Below are positions 63,603 through 64,000 of a DNA stretch of 64,000 bases, in pieces. The notes below the pieces were generated by a model. That model made no database searches, was not told where the DNA came from, and saw nothing but the letters and a program-made list of their open reading frames with translations. The stretch's first letter is position 1. Each line of letters begins with the position of its first letter. Source of the DNA: an uncultured Acidimicrobiia bacterium (GTDB lineage Bacteria > Actinomycetota > Acidimicrobiia > Spongiisociales > JAENVV01). The stretch spans positions 529,518 through 593,517 of the forward strand of contig CAVOQP010000010.1 in assembly GCA_963698385.1 (NCBI GenBank), written 5' to 3'. The translations under genes and the position numbers were made by a program.

Positions 63603-64000
63603 TCCCGCATCCTCGTCACCGCTGCGGCGTCCTGGGAGGGCGCACGGCTCATCAATCGCCTCGTCCACCGAGACGGGGTGACGGTGATCGCCGTCGACGA
63701 CGAGGACCGCCGGGCGCTTCCCGTCCCTCTCCACCGAGCCGCCCTCGACACACTCGAGTTCGCCCACTTCGTCGTCGAAGCCGACCCGACGGCCATCATT
63801 CACCTCGCGACCATCGACCGCAGCAACCGCTTGGGCAAGGAACGCTCCCGGGAGGCGGTGATCCTTGGAACCCAGGCCCTGTTCGGGGCTTCCGAGCGGC
63901 TTCGCAACCTCACTCATGTGGTGGTGCGATCGGAGGGCCATGTCTACGGAAGCGGCAACCGCACCGCCCTCATCGCCCGTGAGGGGGATCGTCTCGGTGG
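63600..64000 (+). CDS. Partial CDS (runs off window end); possible NAD-dependent epimerase/dehydratase-like protein
   Basis: MSRILVTAAASWEGARLINRLV..., open to the end of the window. Confidence 0.35.
   Translation, partial: MSRILVTAAASWEGARLINRLVHRDGVTVIAVDDEDRRALPVPLHRAALDTLEFAHFVVEADPTAIIHLATIDRSNRLGKERSREAVILGTQALFGASERLRNLTHVVVRSEGHVYGSGNRTALIAREGDRLG

Overview
This is a high-GC (about 70%) chromosomal segment that looks actinobacterial. It has no rRNA, tRNA, CRISPR array, IS element or transposase, and is mostly housekeeping and respiratory genes. The main loci are listed first, then the repeat families, then the observations that most deserve follow-up.

**Main loci**
- 1-5.4 kb: two divergently oriented paralogous large regulators (adenylate-cyclase + AAA/NB-ARC + TPR domains) flank a small CX5R phosphatase that appears frameshifted.
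- 8.9-11.1 kb: an NfnAB / glutamate-synthase-small-chain-like oxidoreductase pair.
- 14.5-15.1 kb: an FKBP-type peptidyl-prolyl isomerase and infA.
- 16.6-18.3 kb: two tandem CAP-domain secreted proteins with Thr-rich linkers.
- 18.6-23.3 kb: an MMPL transporter and a GH77 4-alpha-glucanotransferase with an N-terminal CBM20 domain.
- 27.6-34.9 kb: a clade-II-style (Sec/lipoprotein signal) nitrous-oxide reductase cluster, nsrR-nosZ-nosB-nosD-nosF-nosY-nosL plus a cytochrome c.
- 37.8-38.4 kb: rex.
- 40.4-45.9 kb, minus strand: a b6f-type Rieske / split cytochrome b complex operon (membrane protein, 2x[4Fe-4S] ferredoxin, cytochrome b6, subunit-IV-like, Rieske, di-heme cytochrome c, small membrane protein).
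- 46.2-49.3 kb, divergent from it: a 12-TM protein with three internal sequence repeats that lacks the canonical heme-copper-oxidase His ligands, followed by a clear FixO/CcoO-like cytochrome c and a second mono-heme cytochrome c. Both cytochromes, and the cytochrome-b subunit-IV-like protein, carry the same unusual N-terminal cytoplasmic module.
- 52.5-63.4 kb: greA, mgtE, a DUF1800/DUF1501 pair, nadE, a class IV aminotransferase, an M20 amidohydrolase, DAHP synthase and tyrA.

**Repeat families**
- (i) A roughly 85-bp nested-palindrome MITE/REP-like element, present in 3 copies.
- (ii) A roughly 75-bp double-hairpin element, present in 2 copies, with compensatory base changes between copies.
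- (iii) Tandem arrays of the heptamer GGGACTC at three intergenic loci.

**Most notable observations**
- An unannotated SelW/Rdx-family selenoprotein whose CxxU redox motif uses an in-frame TGA codon.
- The ligand-less, triple-repeat 12-TM protein sitting where a CcoN subunit would be expected.
- A near-identical 140-bp coding duplication that gives two cytochromes the same N-terminal module.
- Candidate Rex operators at rex itself and upstream of nsrR-nosZ.
- A 17-mer leaderless-promoter-like motif shared by three genes.
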